DNA of 45,708 nt, from the NCBI GenBank assembly GCA_035700625.1, contig DASSOM010000260.1, positions 1 to 45,708 on the forward strand, written 5' to 3'. This DNA comes from Vicinamibacterales bacterium (GTDB taxonomy: Bacteria; Acidobacteriota; Vicinamibacteria; Vicinamibacterales; 2-12-FULL-66-21). Each line of letters opens with the position of its first letter. The stretch's first letter is position 1. Position numbers and translations under genes: made by a program. Shown piece after piece: positions 17,854 through 26,103 of this stretch. The notes beneath the pieces are model-generated. The model was not told where the DNA came from. It saw only the letters and a program-made list of their open reading frames with translations, and searched no databases.

Positions 17854-18591
17854 GTGAATCTGAACGGACGGGCGGCGCTGATCACCGGCGCGAAGCGGAT
17901 TGGCGCCGCGATCGCGCGCGAGCTGGCCGGCCGCGGCATGGACGTCGCCATCTCCTACAACCGATCGCGAGACGAGGCGGAACGCGCGTCCGCCGACGTC
18001 GTCGCGGCGGGTCGACGCGCGCATATCATGCGCGCCGATCTTTCGGATCCGGCGGCGTGCCGCGCGCTCGTCGATCAGTCGGCCGAGGCGCTGGGCGGCC
18101 TCGACGTGCTGATCAATATGGCGTCGGTGTACACGTCGGTGCCGCTTGCCGACACCGACGAGCGCGTCTGGGATGCGGCCATGAACGTCGATCTGCGCGC
18201 CGCGTTCCTGTGCGCCCGCGCGGCGATTCCGCACCTCAGGAAAAGCGGCCTCGGGCGTATCGTGAATTTTTCCGACTGGGTGGCCGCGAGCGGTCGTCCT
18301 CGATACACAGGGTACGTTCCGTACTACGTGGCGAAGTCGGGGGTGATTGGCCTGACTGAAGCGCTCGCGCTCGAGCTCGCACCGGATATTCTCGTCAACG
18401 CCATTGCGCCCGGGCCCATCCTGCCGCCGCCCGGGACGAGCCCTGAAGAGCACAGCGCCGTGGAGCGCGCGACGCCGCTGGGACGATGGGGCGGTGAAGA
18501 GGCGATCGTGCGCGCGGCGCTATTCCTGCTCGAAACCGATTTCGTCACCGGCGAGACCATTCGCGTGGACGGCGGCCGCCACATCAAATAG
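17854..18591 (+). CDS. SDR-family oxidoreductase (pteridine reductase/FolM-like subgroup is a guess)
   Basis: 245-aa ORF. Cofactor motif ALITGAKRIGAAIA and catalytic YYVAKSGVIGLT (YxxxK). GTG start 4 nt after the upstream stop. Confidence 0.85.
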   Translation: MNLNGRAALITGAKRIGAAIARELAGRGMDVAISYNRSRDEAERASADVVAAGRRAHIMRADLSDPAACRALVDQSAEALGGLDVLINMASVYTSVPLADTDERVWDAAMNVDLRAAFLCARAAIPHLRKSGLGRIVNFSDWVAASGRPRYTGYVPYYVAKSGVIGLTEALALELAPDILVNAIAPGPILPPPGTSPEEHSAVERATPLGRWGGEEAIVRAALFLLETDFVTGETIRVDGGRHIK

Positions 18592-18732
18592 CCCGTCCGT
18601 TTCCGTCCTGCCAGTGGGTACGTCATTACCCACCGCCGACCGGATCGACTCGATTGCGCGCCGCGCGGCAGACGGCAGCGGAATTGCTCCATTCCTGAGT
18701 CAGGGGCAGCGGCGGGGTGCCGCTGATGCGTT

Positions 18733-19593
18733 ATGGAGCGAATCCTCGACTCGACCGGCCCGTCGAGCACGCCATGGCGGATCCGCGAGCTCAGGGATCG
18801 GCATCCGCTCCCATCCGTGCTCGTGGTCGAGGACGATCGCGACATTCGCGAGATGCTCGCGACGCTGCTCGACCTCACCGGTTTCGCGCCGGTGTGCTGC
18901 GATTCAGCGGATGCGGCGCTGCGAGTCCTTCGCGCGCGCCGCTTCGACGTCATCCTCACCGACTATGCGCTGCCGGTGCATTCCGGCGTCTGGATGCTTC
19001 AACAGGCGCAGTCGGAAGGGCTCATCGACGGCGTGCCGGTCCTGATCGCGACCGCGCACTCCAATTTTCCCGACGCGTCGCGCTACGAGGTGATTCGCAA
19101 GCCGTTCGACCTCGACGAACTCGTCGCGCGGCTCGAGCGCCGGCTGCAGCGCCGCGTCACGCCGCTGCCGCGACCGTCACCACCGATCGTGCGGCCGCCG
19201 GTCCCCGGCCGCGTGGATGGTAGCGGGCGCGACGAGCAGTGTCCCGGGCTGGAGCTGATTTTGTACGTGGGCGGATCGCGATCGATCGCCGAACTGGAGC
19301 ACGCACGGCGCCTGCTATCGGAGTCGCGCACGCTTCACGTGCGCGTGACGATCTGCCATCGCATCGAGGACGCCGAGCGCCCGCTCGAGCGAACGCCGCG
19401 CCGGCCGCAGACGTTCCTGCTCGGACACATCGAGAATCTGGACATGCTGCTGGCGCTGATCGGTGAATGCGAGGATCAGGTCGTGGACAATCCGATCGGT
19501 CAGGCGCCTTCGCGGACGGCGAACAGCGCGCCCATCGACTCGAGTGCGCCGGCCAATTCGCGCCGATCGCGCGCAAAGCAGAAGCGGACGTAG
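18733..19593 (+). CDS. Response-regulator receiver (REC) domain protein with an unassigned C-terminal domain
   Basis: 286-aa ORF. The REC signature is complete: VVEDD, phospho-acceptor in VILTDYALP, LIATAH, IRKPF. A Pro-rich linker follows, then an approximately 80-aa domain (aa 170-250) and a low-complexity tail. No DNA-binding motif recognised. Confidence 0.75.
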   Translation: MERILDSTGPSSTPWRIRELRDRHPLPSVLVVEDDRDIREMLATLLDLTGFAPVCCDSADAALRVLRARRFDVILTDYALPVHSGVWMLQQAQSEGLIDGVPVLIATAHSNFPDASRYEVIRKPFDLDELVARLERRLQRRVTPLPRPSPPIVRPPVPGRVDGSGRDEQCPGLELILYVGGSRSIAELEHARRLLSESRTLHVRVTICHRIEDAERPLERTPRRPQTFLLGHIENLDMLLALIGECEDQVVDNPIGQAPSRTANSAPIDSSAPANSRRSRAKQKRT

Positions 19594-20693
19594 CCCTCGC
19601 CGTTCGCGCCGAAGTCCACGCCGGGCACGCAGCCGATCCGGCCATTCGCGATCAGATGCTCCGTCATCGCCCAGGAGCGCGACGCGGGACTCTCCGCCGC
19701 GGGCTGCCAGGCGGGATCGATCTTCAGGAAGGCGTAGAACGCGCCGCGCGGAGGCGTGCCGCTGAACACGCCCGCCGCGTGCGCCTCGATGCCCGCGTAG
19801 AACAGGTCGCGCCTCGCCTGCAGTTCTGTCCGAAACGCGTCGATGCACGCCTGCGATCCCTCGAGCGCGCCGATCCCGCCGAACTGGACGACCGACGCGA
19901 TGTTGCTCGCGGTGTAGAAGAGGACCTTCTTCATGCGGTCGCGTAGCGTGGCATCCTTCGCGACCAGGTAGCCGAGACGCAGCCCCGTCATCGCGTAGGT
20001 CTTGCTGAACGTGAACACGGAGATCGTGCGGTCGTAGGCGCCGGCCAGCGACGCCGTGCTCAGGTGCTTCGCGCCGTCGAACAGGACGTCCTCGTAGGCC
20101 TCGTCCGAGATGATCCACAGGCCGCGCCGTTCCGCCAGCGCGACGATGGCTTCCAGATCCTCGCGCGTGAGGACGCCGCCCGTGGGATTGTTCGGCGAGT
20201 TGACGTAGATGGCCCGCGTCTTCGGCGTGATGGCCGCTTCGAGCTGGTCGAGATCGAAGCGCCATCCGAGCCGCTCGTGCAGCGGACACGGCACCGGCAC
20301 CGCATGGGCCGCGCGGATGTTGCCGAGGCACGGCGGCCATTCGGGATCGGGCACGATGACTTCGTCGCCTGGCTCGAGCAGCGCCTGACACGCGATGTAG
20401 ACGCCGTGAATGCCTCCGGTCGTCATCATCACCTCGTCCGGCCCGCCGACGGGGATTCCGTTGCGCCGGCGCACTTTGTCCACGATCAGTTCGAGCAGCC
20501 GCGGCACGCCTGTCGTCTGCAGGTAGTGGCTGCGGTTCTCGTCGATCGCGCGGTGCATCGCCTGTTTCACGGTGTCGGGTGCGTCGAAGCTGACGTCACC
20601 TTGATCCAGCCGGAACGGGTTGTCGACGCCGTACATCATGTCGCGGATGCGGATGATGCCGGAGAAGGGGACGGAATCGAGGTATTCGGCCAT
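19500..20693 (-). CDS. PLP-dependent aminotransferase, class I/II (aspartate aminotransferase-like)
   Basis: 397-aa ORF. NSPNNPTG...SDEAYEDV...FSKTYAMTGLRLGY carries the PLP-lysine context of class I aminotransferases. Confidence 0.85.
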   Translation of the reverse strand: MAEYLDSVPFSGIIRIRDMMYGVDNPFRLDQGDVSFDAPDTVKQAMHRAIDENRSHYLQTTGVPRLLELIVDKVRRRNGIPVGGPDEVMMTTGGIHGVYIACQALLEPGDEVIVPDPEWPPCLGNIRAAHAVPVPCPLHERLGWRFDLDQLEAAITPKTRAIYVNSPNNPTGGVLTREDLEAIVALAERRGLWIISDEAYEDVLFDGAKHLSTASLAGAYDRTISVFTFSKTYAMTGLRLGYLVAKDATLRDRMKKVLFYTASNIASVVQFGGIGALEGSQACIDAFRTELQARRDLFYAGIEAHAAGVFSGTPPRGAFYAFLKIDPAWQPAAESPASRSWAMTEHLIANGRIGCVPGVDFGANGEGYVRFCFARDRRELAGALESMGALFAVREGA

Positions 20694-20699
20694 AGGGTG

Positions 20700-20705
20700 A
20701 TTATA
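20700..20705 (-). promoter_or_regulatory. Candidate -10 box TATAAT, 6 nt upstream of the aminotransferase ATG (would imply a leaderless mRNA)
   Basis: The minus strand reads ...CTCGAACCTCGAACGTCGAACT TATAAT CACCCT ATG. There is no Shine-Dalgarno sequence and no convincing -35. Confidence 0.3.
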
Positions 20706-20729
20706 AGTTCGACGTTCGAGGTTCGAGAT

Positions 20730-21572
20730 TCAGATGCGTTCCATGATGCGGGCGAGCGTGGCGGCCGCGCGGCCGATCGGCAGGTTGCTGATGTAGAAGT
20801 GGCGCACGCCCGCGGCGGACAGTTCGCGGATCGAGCGGGCGCAGACGTCTTCCGGCGCGGCGCCGGCGGCGAACTCGGCGCGCAGCTCCTCGATCGGCAC
20901 GGGGATGAACGCCTTGAGCGCATCGAGCGTCTTCGGGTTCGCCGACCGGTAATAGAAGATGCCGAACAATGCCGGCAGCGTGAGTCCTCGCCGGTCCCCC
21001 TCCGCGAGGAACGCGTCGACGGCCGCGCGGCTGTGGTGCGACACGATCTGCGTCAGGTAGAACTCCGCGGTCACCCGTGGGTCGAGCAGGTGGCCGACCT
21101 GCGCGGTGGCATCGCCGTGGGGATTCGCCCAGCCGCCGAGCGTCAGATCCGGCTGCCGCGCGCGGATCTGCTCCCGCAGCTCCCACGCGTGCTCCACACA
21201 GCGCGGCGGGCCAATCTGACGGTCGCCGCCAAGCACGACGAGGGATCCGAACCCCTGCTGCCGCGCGCGGTCGGCGTAAGCCAGGCAGTACTCGATCGGA
21301 TGTTTGGTCGTCAGGAACGGGATCACGTGCGAGCGCGGGACGTCTCCTCCGAGATTCGTGACGAGATGCCGGAGGTTGTCTTCCTCTTTCAACCCGACCG
21401 CGTTGTCGGTCAGGAAGACCGCCGTGCCCGCGCGCGTGAGCCCGCGGACGGCGTGATAGGTATCGATCCAGGCGTCCATACTGGCCGACGCCGCCAGCTC
21501 CGCCCGCGGCGGCCGCAATTCGGCTGCGATCACACGCGTCGTACCCCGTAGTTGCTCCAGCAGCGAGTCCAT
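20730..21572 (-). CDS. Methylenetetrahydrofolate reductase-like (MetF family) protein
   Basis: The track ORF 20730-21836 is over-extended across the divergent gene. The internal ATG 21572 gives 280 aa starting MDSLLEQL. TIM-barrel MTHFR-like blocks are present (VLGGD..., FYLTQIV, FGIFYYRSANPKTL). The family call comes from pattern memory only. Confidence 0.6.
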   Translation of the reverse strand: MDSLLEQLRGTTRVIAAELRPPRAELAASASMDAWIDTYHAVRGLTRAGTAVFLTDNAVGLKEEDNLRHLVTNLGGDVPRSHVIPFLTTKHPIEYCLAYADRARQQGFGSLVVLGGDRQIGPPRCVEHAWELREQIRARQPDLTLGGWANPHGDATAQVGHLLDPRVTAEFYLTQIVSHHSRAAVDAFLAEGDRRGLTLPALFGIFYYRSANPKTLDALKAFIPVPIEELRAEFAAGAAPEDVCARSIRELSAAGVRHFYISNLPIGRAAATLARIMERI

Positions 21573-21582
21573 CGATCGAGTC

Positions 21583-21590
21583 AGTATACT
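21583..21590. promoter_or_regulatory. Palindromic AGTATACT giving a TATACT -10-like hexamer on both strands, exactly 10 nt from each of two divergent start codons
   Basis: The 28-bp divergent spacer 21573-21600 reads cgatcgagtc-AGTATACT-aacggcgtca. It is flanked by CAT (21570-21572) and GTG (21601-21603). There is no SD on either side. Confidence 0.35.
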
Positions 21591-21600
21591 AACGGCGTCA

Positions 21601-22578
21601 GTGCCGGCCGACTCCTCGCTCGTCGCTCGCCTTCGCGCGCTCCCCTCGCTGTCTCTGGCGCAGACGCCGACGCCCGTCGAAGAACTCGCGCGACTGCGCG
21701 ACGCGCTCGGCGGCGGTCCCCGCATCCTCGTCAAGCGCGATGATGCGGTGGCGTTCGCATTTGGCGGAAACAAGGTGCGGAAGATGCGGCTGGTTGCCGC
21801 GCGGGCAATCGCCGAGGGCGCCGACACGCTGATCACGTGCGGCGGCGTGCAGTCGAATCACGCGCGGGTCACGGCCAGCATTGCCGCGCGCATGGGCCTT
21901 CGCTGCGTGCTCGTGGTGAACGGCGAACCGCCCGCGCGTCCGACGGCCAATGCGCTGCTCGATCGCCTCACGGGGGCGGACGTGCGGTACGTGGCGAGCC
22001 GCGACGAGCGCGCGCCGGCGATGGACGCGATCGCGGCGGAGCTTCGCCATTCCGGAGGGCGTCCGTTCATCGTGCCGCTTGGCGCGTCGACGCCGCTTGG
22101 TGCGGCAGCGTACGTGCAGGCCATCGGCGAGCTGCTGGACCAGAGTCCGGCTCCGGACGTCATCGTGCATGCGACCTCTTCCGGAGGTACGCAGGCGGGC
22201 CTGGTGGCGGGCTGCCGCCTTCACGGCCTCGCCACGCGCGTCGTCGGCATCAGCGCGGACGATCCGGCCGGCGCGCTGACCGCGCGGATTGCGGAGCTGC
22301 TGCAGGGCGTCGAGTCATTGCTTGGCGCTCCCGCCGGGGCGTTGAGAGGCGACATCGACGTGGACGACTCGTTCGTGGGTGAGGGCTACGGGATCCCGAC
22401 CGCGGCATCGGACGAAGCGCTCCGGCTGTGCGCGTCGACCGAAGCGCTCTTCCTCGATCCGACGTACACCGCGAAGGCAATGGCCGGCCTGATCGCGCGC
22501 GTGCGCGCGCGGGCCGTTGGCGAACATCAGACGATCGTGTTCTGGCATACGGGAGGACAAGTGGGGCTGTTCGCATGA
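21601..22578 (+). CDS. PLP-dependent ACC deaminase / D-cysteine desulfhydrase family protein
   Basis: 325-aa ORF with a GTG start. TPTPVEEL...LVKRDD...FGGNKVRKM (PLP lysine)...GGVQSNHAR...GGTQAG matches this family. Confidence 0.85.
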   Translation: MPADSSLVARLRALPSLSLAQTPTPVEELARLRDALGGGPRILVKRDDAVAFAFGGNKVRKMRLVAARAIAEGADTLITCGGVQSNHARVTASIAARMGLRCVLVVNGEPPARPTANALLDRLTGADVRYVASRDERAPAMDAIAAELRHSGGRPFIVPLGASTPLGAAAYVQAIGELLDQSPAPDVIVHATSSGGTQAGLVAGCRLHGLATRVVGISADDPAGALTARIAELLQGVESLLGAPAGALRGDIDVDDSFVGEGYGIPTAASDEALRLCASTEALFLDPTYTAKAMAGLIARVRARAVGEHQTIVFWHTGGQVGLFA

Positions 22579-24029
22579 TCTCGATCACCTTTCTCGGGGC
22601 GGCACGTACGGTGACCGGTTCCAAGTATCTCGTTCAGGTGGACGACAGGAAGGTGCTCGTCGACGCCGGCCTGTTTCAGGGGCCAAGAGCGCTGCGCGAG
22701 CGCAACTGGGCGGACTTTCCGATTCCGGCTCGAGAGATCGACGCGATCGTGCTGACGCACGCGCATCTGGATCACTGCGGGTATCTCCCGCGCCTGGTGG
22801 CGCAGGGCTATCGGGGACGCGTGTTCTGCACGCAGGGCACCAAGGAACTCTGCGAGATCGTTCTCCCCGACTCCGGCCGGATCCAGGAAGAGGATGCGGA
22901 CCAGGCGAATCGGCACGGCTACTCGAAGCACAAGCCGGCGCTCCCGCTCTATCGCGAGGTCGACGCGCTGAACGCCTGCGCGCTGCTGCAACCTTGCGGC
23001 TACGAACGGCCGCTCGACGTCGTGCCCGGCATCCAGGTGGAGTTCATCAACGCCGGGCACCTGCTGGGTTCGTCGTACGTGCGGATGCGCACGAATGACC
23101 GCACGATCCTCTTCGGCGGCGATCTCGGCCGGTTCGATCGTCCCGTGCTGCCGGATCCGACGATGATGAGCGAGGCGGACTATCTGCTCGTCGAATCGAC
23201 CTACGGCAACCGCGTACACGAGCAGGACGACAACGGGACGCATCTCGCGAAAGTGGTGACCGAAACCGCTCAGAAAGGCGGCAAGCTGATCATCCCGTCG
23301 TTCGCGATCGGACGTGCGGAGGAGCTGATCTACTGGTTGAAACGGCTCGAAGACGAGAAGCGCATCCCGGTGCTGCCGGTGTATCTCGACAGCCCGATGG
23401 CGCTCGCCGCGCTGGCGCGCTACCGCGAACGGGTGCACGAACTCGACCCGGAGATGCAGCCCGAGCGCCGCGACGACATGGCGCCGCACGGGGAGGCGGG
23501 GCATGACGGCGGCGAGGCCGAGCGGCGGCACCGCGCCCGGCAGGAGCGCCAGATGTGCGTGTTCTGCACGGATCGCTTCCGGACGATCAAGTCACCGCAG
23601 GAATCCAAGGAACTGACCGCGTCGAAGGCGCCCGCGATCGTGATCTCGTCGAGCGGCATGGCCGAAGGCGGGCGCGTGCTGCACCACCTGAAGGCCGCGC
23701 TGCCGGACGCCCGCAACACCGTGCTGTTCGCCGGGTATCAGGCGGTCGGGACGCGCGGCTGGCGGCTGACGCAGGGAGAGCCGCAGGTCAAGATCCACGG
23801 CCAGTGGATTCCGGTCAGGGCGACCGTCGATCGGCTCGAGTCGATGTCGGCGCACGCCGACTCGCACGAAATCCTGCGCTGGCTGCACGGCTTCACGAAG
23901 GCGCCGCGCGAAACGTTCATCGTCCATGGCGAACCGGACGCGATGGAGGCGCTCACGGCGTCGATTGCGGCGGACCTGAAATGGAAGAGCCGCATGCCGG
24001 AGTACCTGCAAACGATCGAACTACAATGA
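22575..24029 (+). CDS. MBL-fold metallo-hydrolase of the beta-CASP (RNA-metabolising, CPSF/Ysh1-like) type
   Basis: The real start ATG 22575 overlaps the upstream TGA (ATGA). MISITFLGAARTVTGSKYLV, HAHLDHCG (HxHxDH), GHLLGS, ESTYG, and SAHADSHEILRWL (beta-CASP motif C). The track ORF 22428-24029 is an upstream extension. Confidence 0.8.
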   Translation: MISITFLGAARTVTGSKYLVQVDDRKVLVDAGLFQGPRALRERNWADFPIPAREIDAIVLTHAHLDHCGYLPRLVAQGYRGRVFCTQGTKELCEIVLPDSGRIQEEDADQANRHGYSKHKPALPLYREVDALNACALLQPCGYERPLDVVPGIQVEFINAGHLLGSSYVRMRTNDRTILFGGDLGRFDRPVLPDPTMMSEADYLLVESTYGNRVHEQDDNGTHLAKVVTETAQKGGKLIIPSFAIGRAEELIYWLKRLEDEKRIPVLPVYLDSPMALAALARYRERVHELDPEMQPERRDDMAPHGEAGHDGGEAERRHRARQERQMCVFCTDRFRTIKSPQESKELTASKAPAIVISSSGMAEGGRVLHHLKAALPDARNTVLFAGYQAVGTRGWRLTQGEPQVKIHGQWIPVRATVDRLESMSAHADSHEILRWLHGFTKAPRETFIVHGEPDAMEALTASIAADLKWKSRMPEYLQTIELQ

Positions 24030-24033
24030 CCGC

Positions 24034-26103
24034 ATGAAGGTGCGATTGTTCGCCGTCGCGGCGGGCGTGCTGGCCCTGACGCTGAGCGCCGCCGCGCAGA
24101 CGCCCGCGCCGTCGCCGCTCGTCGAGCGCGTCGACAATACCGGCTTCATCCAGCTGACGGCCGACAGCTTTCGCGCGCTGGACGCGCGCCAGCAGGCGCT
24201 CGCCTGGTGGCTCACGCGCGCCGCGATCGCGATCGATCCGATCGTCTACGACCAGCTCTCGCAGTTCGGTCTCCGCGAAAAGCGTCTGCTCGAGGAGATC
24301 GTAGCGCGTCCCGATGGCATCCCGCCGGAGGCGTTTGCGAAGATCCGCCGTTACGCGCTGCTCTTCTGGGCGAATCGCGGCAACCACAACGAGACCACCG
24401 CGCAGAAGTTCCTGCCGTCGTTCTCCTTCGACGAGCTGCGGCAGGCGGCGCTCACGGCGCAGCGTCACGGCGCGTTCGGGCAGCCGTATCTCGACCTGCC
24501 TCCGCTCGCGTCGGCGAACGCCCTCGAGCAGGAGCTGCAGCAGTTGAAGCCGGCCCTGTTCGATCCTGCGGTGGAGCCGATGATTACGGCGAAGTCGCCG
24601 CCGCCCGGACAGGACATCATCCAGGCGAGTTCGAACACGTTCTATCAGGGCGTCCGTGTGGCAGACCTGAAGGACTTCCACGGCGAGTACCCGTTGAACT
24701 CGCGTGTGGTAAAGGGACCCGACGGCAAGCTGCAGGAACAGGTCTACCGCGCCGGAACGCCGGACGGCCGCGTGCCGCCGGGCCTGTACGCCGCGTATCT
24801 GCAACAGGCCATCGAATACCTCGACAAGGCGCGTGCGGTCGCAAGTCCGGAGCAGGCGCACGTCATCGCGCAGCTCATTCGCTACTACCAGACGGGCGAC
24901 CAGAAGGACTGGCTGCAGTTCGGCGGCGACTGGGTGCGCAACGACGCGGCGGTCGACTTCGTCAACGGCTTCATCGAGGTCTATCGTGATCCGCGCGGCG
25001 CGAAGGGCTCGGCGGAGAGCTTCGTCACGGTGACCGACGCGCCGGTCACGAGCGCGATGAAGAAGCTCGCCGACAACGCGGCATATTTCGAGGCCAAAGC
25101 GCCGTGGGACGCGAAGTACAAGAAACAGGCGTTCCAGCCGCCGGTCGTGAAAGCCGTCGAGACCGTGATCCAGACGGCCGACTTTCACGTCACCACGATT
25201 GGCGTCAACCTGCCGAACGAGAACGAAATCCATCAGAAGTACGGCACGAAGAACTTCCTGCTGCTCGCCAGCAGCCACGCCCTGTCCGCGGCGTCGGCGT
25301 CCAAGACCCTGACCGAATTCGCCGCCGCGCCCGATGAAGTCCGGCGCGGCGAGCGCCACGGCGAAACCGCGGAAGATCTGCTCACGGCGATGCACGAGGT
25401 GATCGGCCATGGCTCCGGCAAGCTCAGTCCGGCGCTGACGGCCGCCCCGTCCTCGTACCTCAAGGAGTACTACTCGACGCTCGAGGAGGCGCGCGCGGAT
25501 CTCATGGGGCTCTGGAACATCCAGGATCCGAAACTGCGGGAGCTCGGGCTCGTCGAGGACCAGGAGGCGGTCGCCCGGACGATGTACGATGCCGCCGCGC
25601 GCGTGATGCTGACGCAGCTTCGTCGCATCCCGAAGGGGACGACGATCGAGGAGGATCACCAGCGGGCTCGCGCCCTTATCGCCAACTACATCATGGACCG
25701 CACCGGCGCTATCGAGATGACACACCGCAACGGCAAGACGTACGTGCACGTGAAGGATTACGCCCGCATGCGCGAGGGCGTGGGGATGCTGCTGGCCGAG
25801 TTGATGCGAATCAAGGGTGAGGGAGACTACGACGCGATCAAGCGTCTGGTCGATCAATATGCCGTGCACTTCGATCCGAAGGTGCGCGACGAGATCGTCG
25901 CGCGGTACCGCGCGCTCGACCTTCCGACCTACTGGGCTGGCATCAATCCGGCCCTGACCGCGACGCTCGACGCACGCGGCCACGTGACCGCGGTCGCGAT
26001 GTCGTATCCACGCGACCCGGTCCGCCAGTATCTGACCTACGCGAGCATGTACAACCCGGCGCTCGCACCGGCCGGTCACGCCGGCGCGGGGGCCGCGCGA
26101 TGA
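24034..26103 (+). CDS. Secreted M49-family (dipeptidyl-peptidase III-like) zinc peptidase, paralog 1
   Basis: 689-aa ORF with signal peptide MKVRLFAVAAGVLALTLSAAAQ. Zinc motifs HEVIGHGSG and EEARAD correspond to HExxGH / EExR(A)E(D) of M49. Confidence 0.8.
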   Translation: MKVRLFAVAAGVLALTLSAAAQTPAPSPLVERVDNTGFIQLTADSFRALDARQQALAWWLTRAAIAIDPIVYDQLSQFGLREKRLLEEIVARPDGIPPEAFAKIRRYALLFWANRGNHNETTAQKFLPSFSFDELRQAALTAQRHGAFGQPYLDLPPLASANALEQELQQLKPALFDPAVEPMITAKSPPPGQDIIQASSNTFYQGVRVADLKDFHGEYPLNSRVVKGPDGKLQEQVYRAGTPDGRVPPGLYAAYLQQAIEYLDKARAVASPEQAHVIAQLIRYYQTGDQKDWLQFGGDWVRNDAAVDFVNGFIEVYRDPRGAKGSAESFVTVTDAPVTSAMKKLADNAAYFEAKAPWDAKYKKQAFQPPVVKAVETVIQTADFHVTTIGVNLPNENEIHQKYGTKNFLLLASSHALSAASASKTLTEFAAAPDEVRRGERHGETAEDLLTAMHEVIGHGSGKLSPALTAAPSSYLKEYYSTLEEARADLMGLWNIQDPKLRELGLVEDQEAVARTMYDAAARVMLTQLRRIPKGTTIEEDHQRARALIANYIMDRTGAIEMTHRNGKTYVHVKDYARMREGVGMLLAELMRIKGEGDYDAIKRLVDQYAVHFDPKVRDEIVARYRALDLPTYWAGINPALTATLDARGHVTAVAMSYPRDPVRQYLTYASMYNPALAPAGHAGAGAAR

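Noticed and set aside
18614-18633. Hairpin GTGGGTA-CGTCAT-TACCCAC after the SDR gene, considered as an intrinsic terminator
   Set aside because: It has only a 7-bp stem and no downstream T-tract, so it is too weak to call as a feature. It may still mark the end of the operon.
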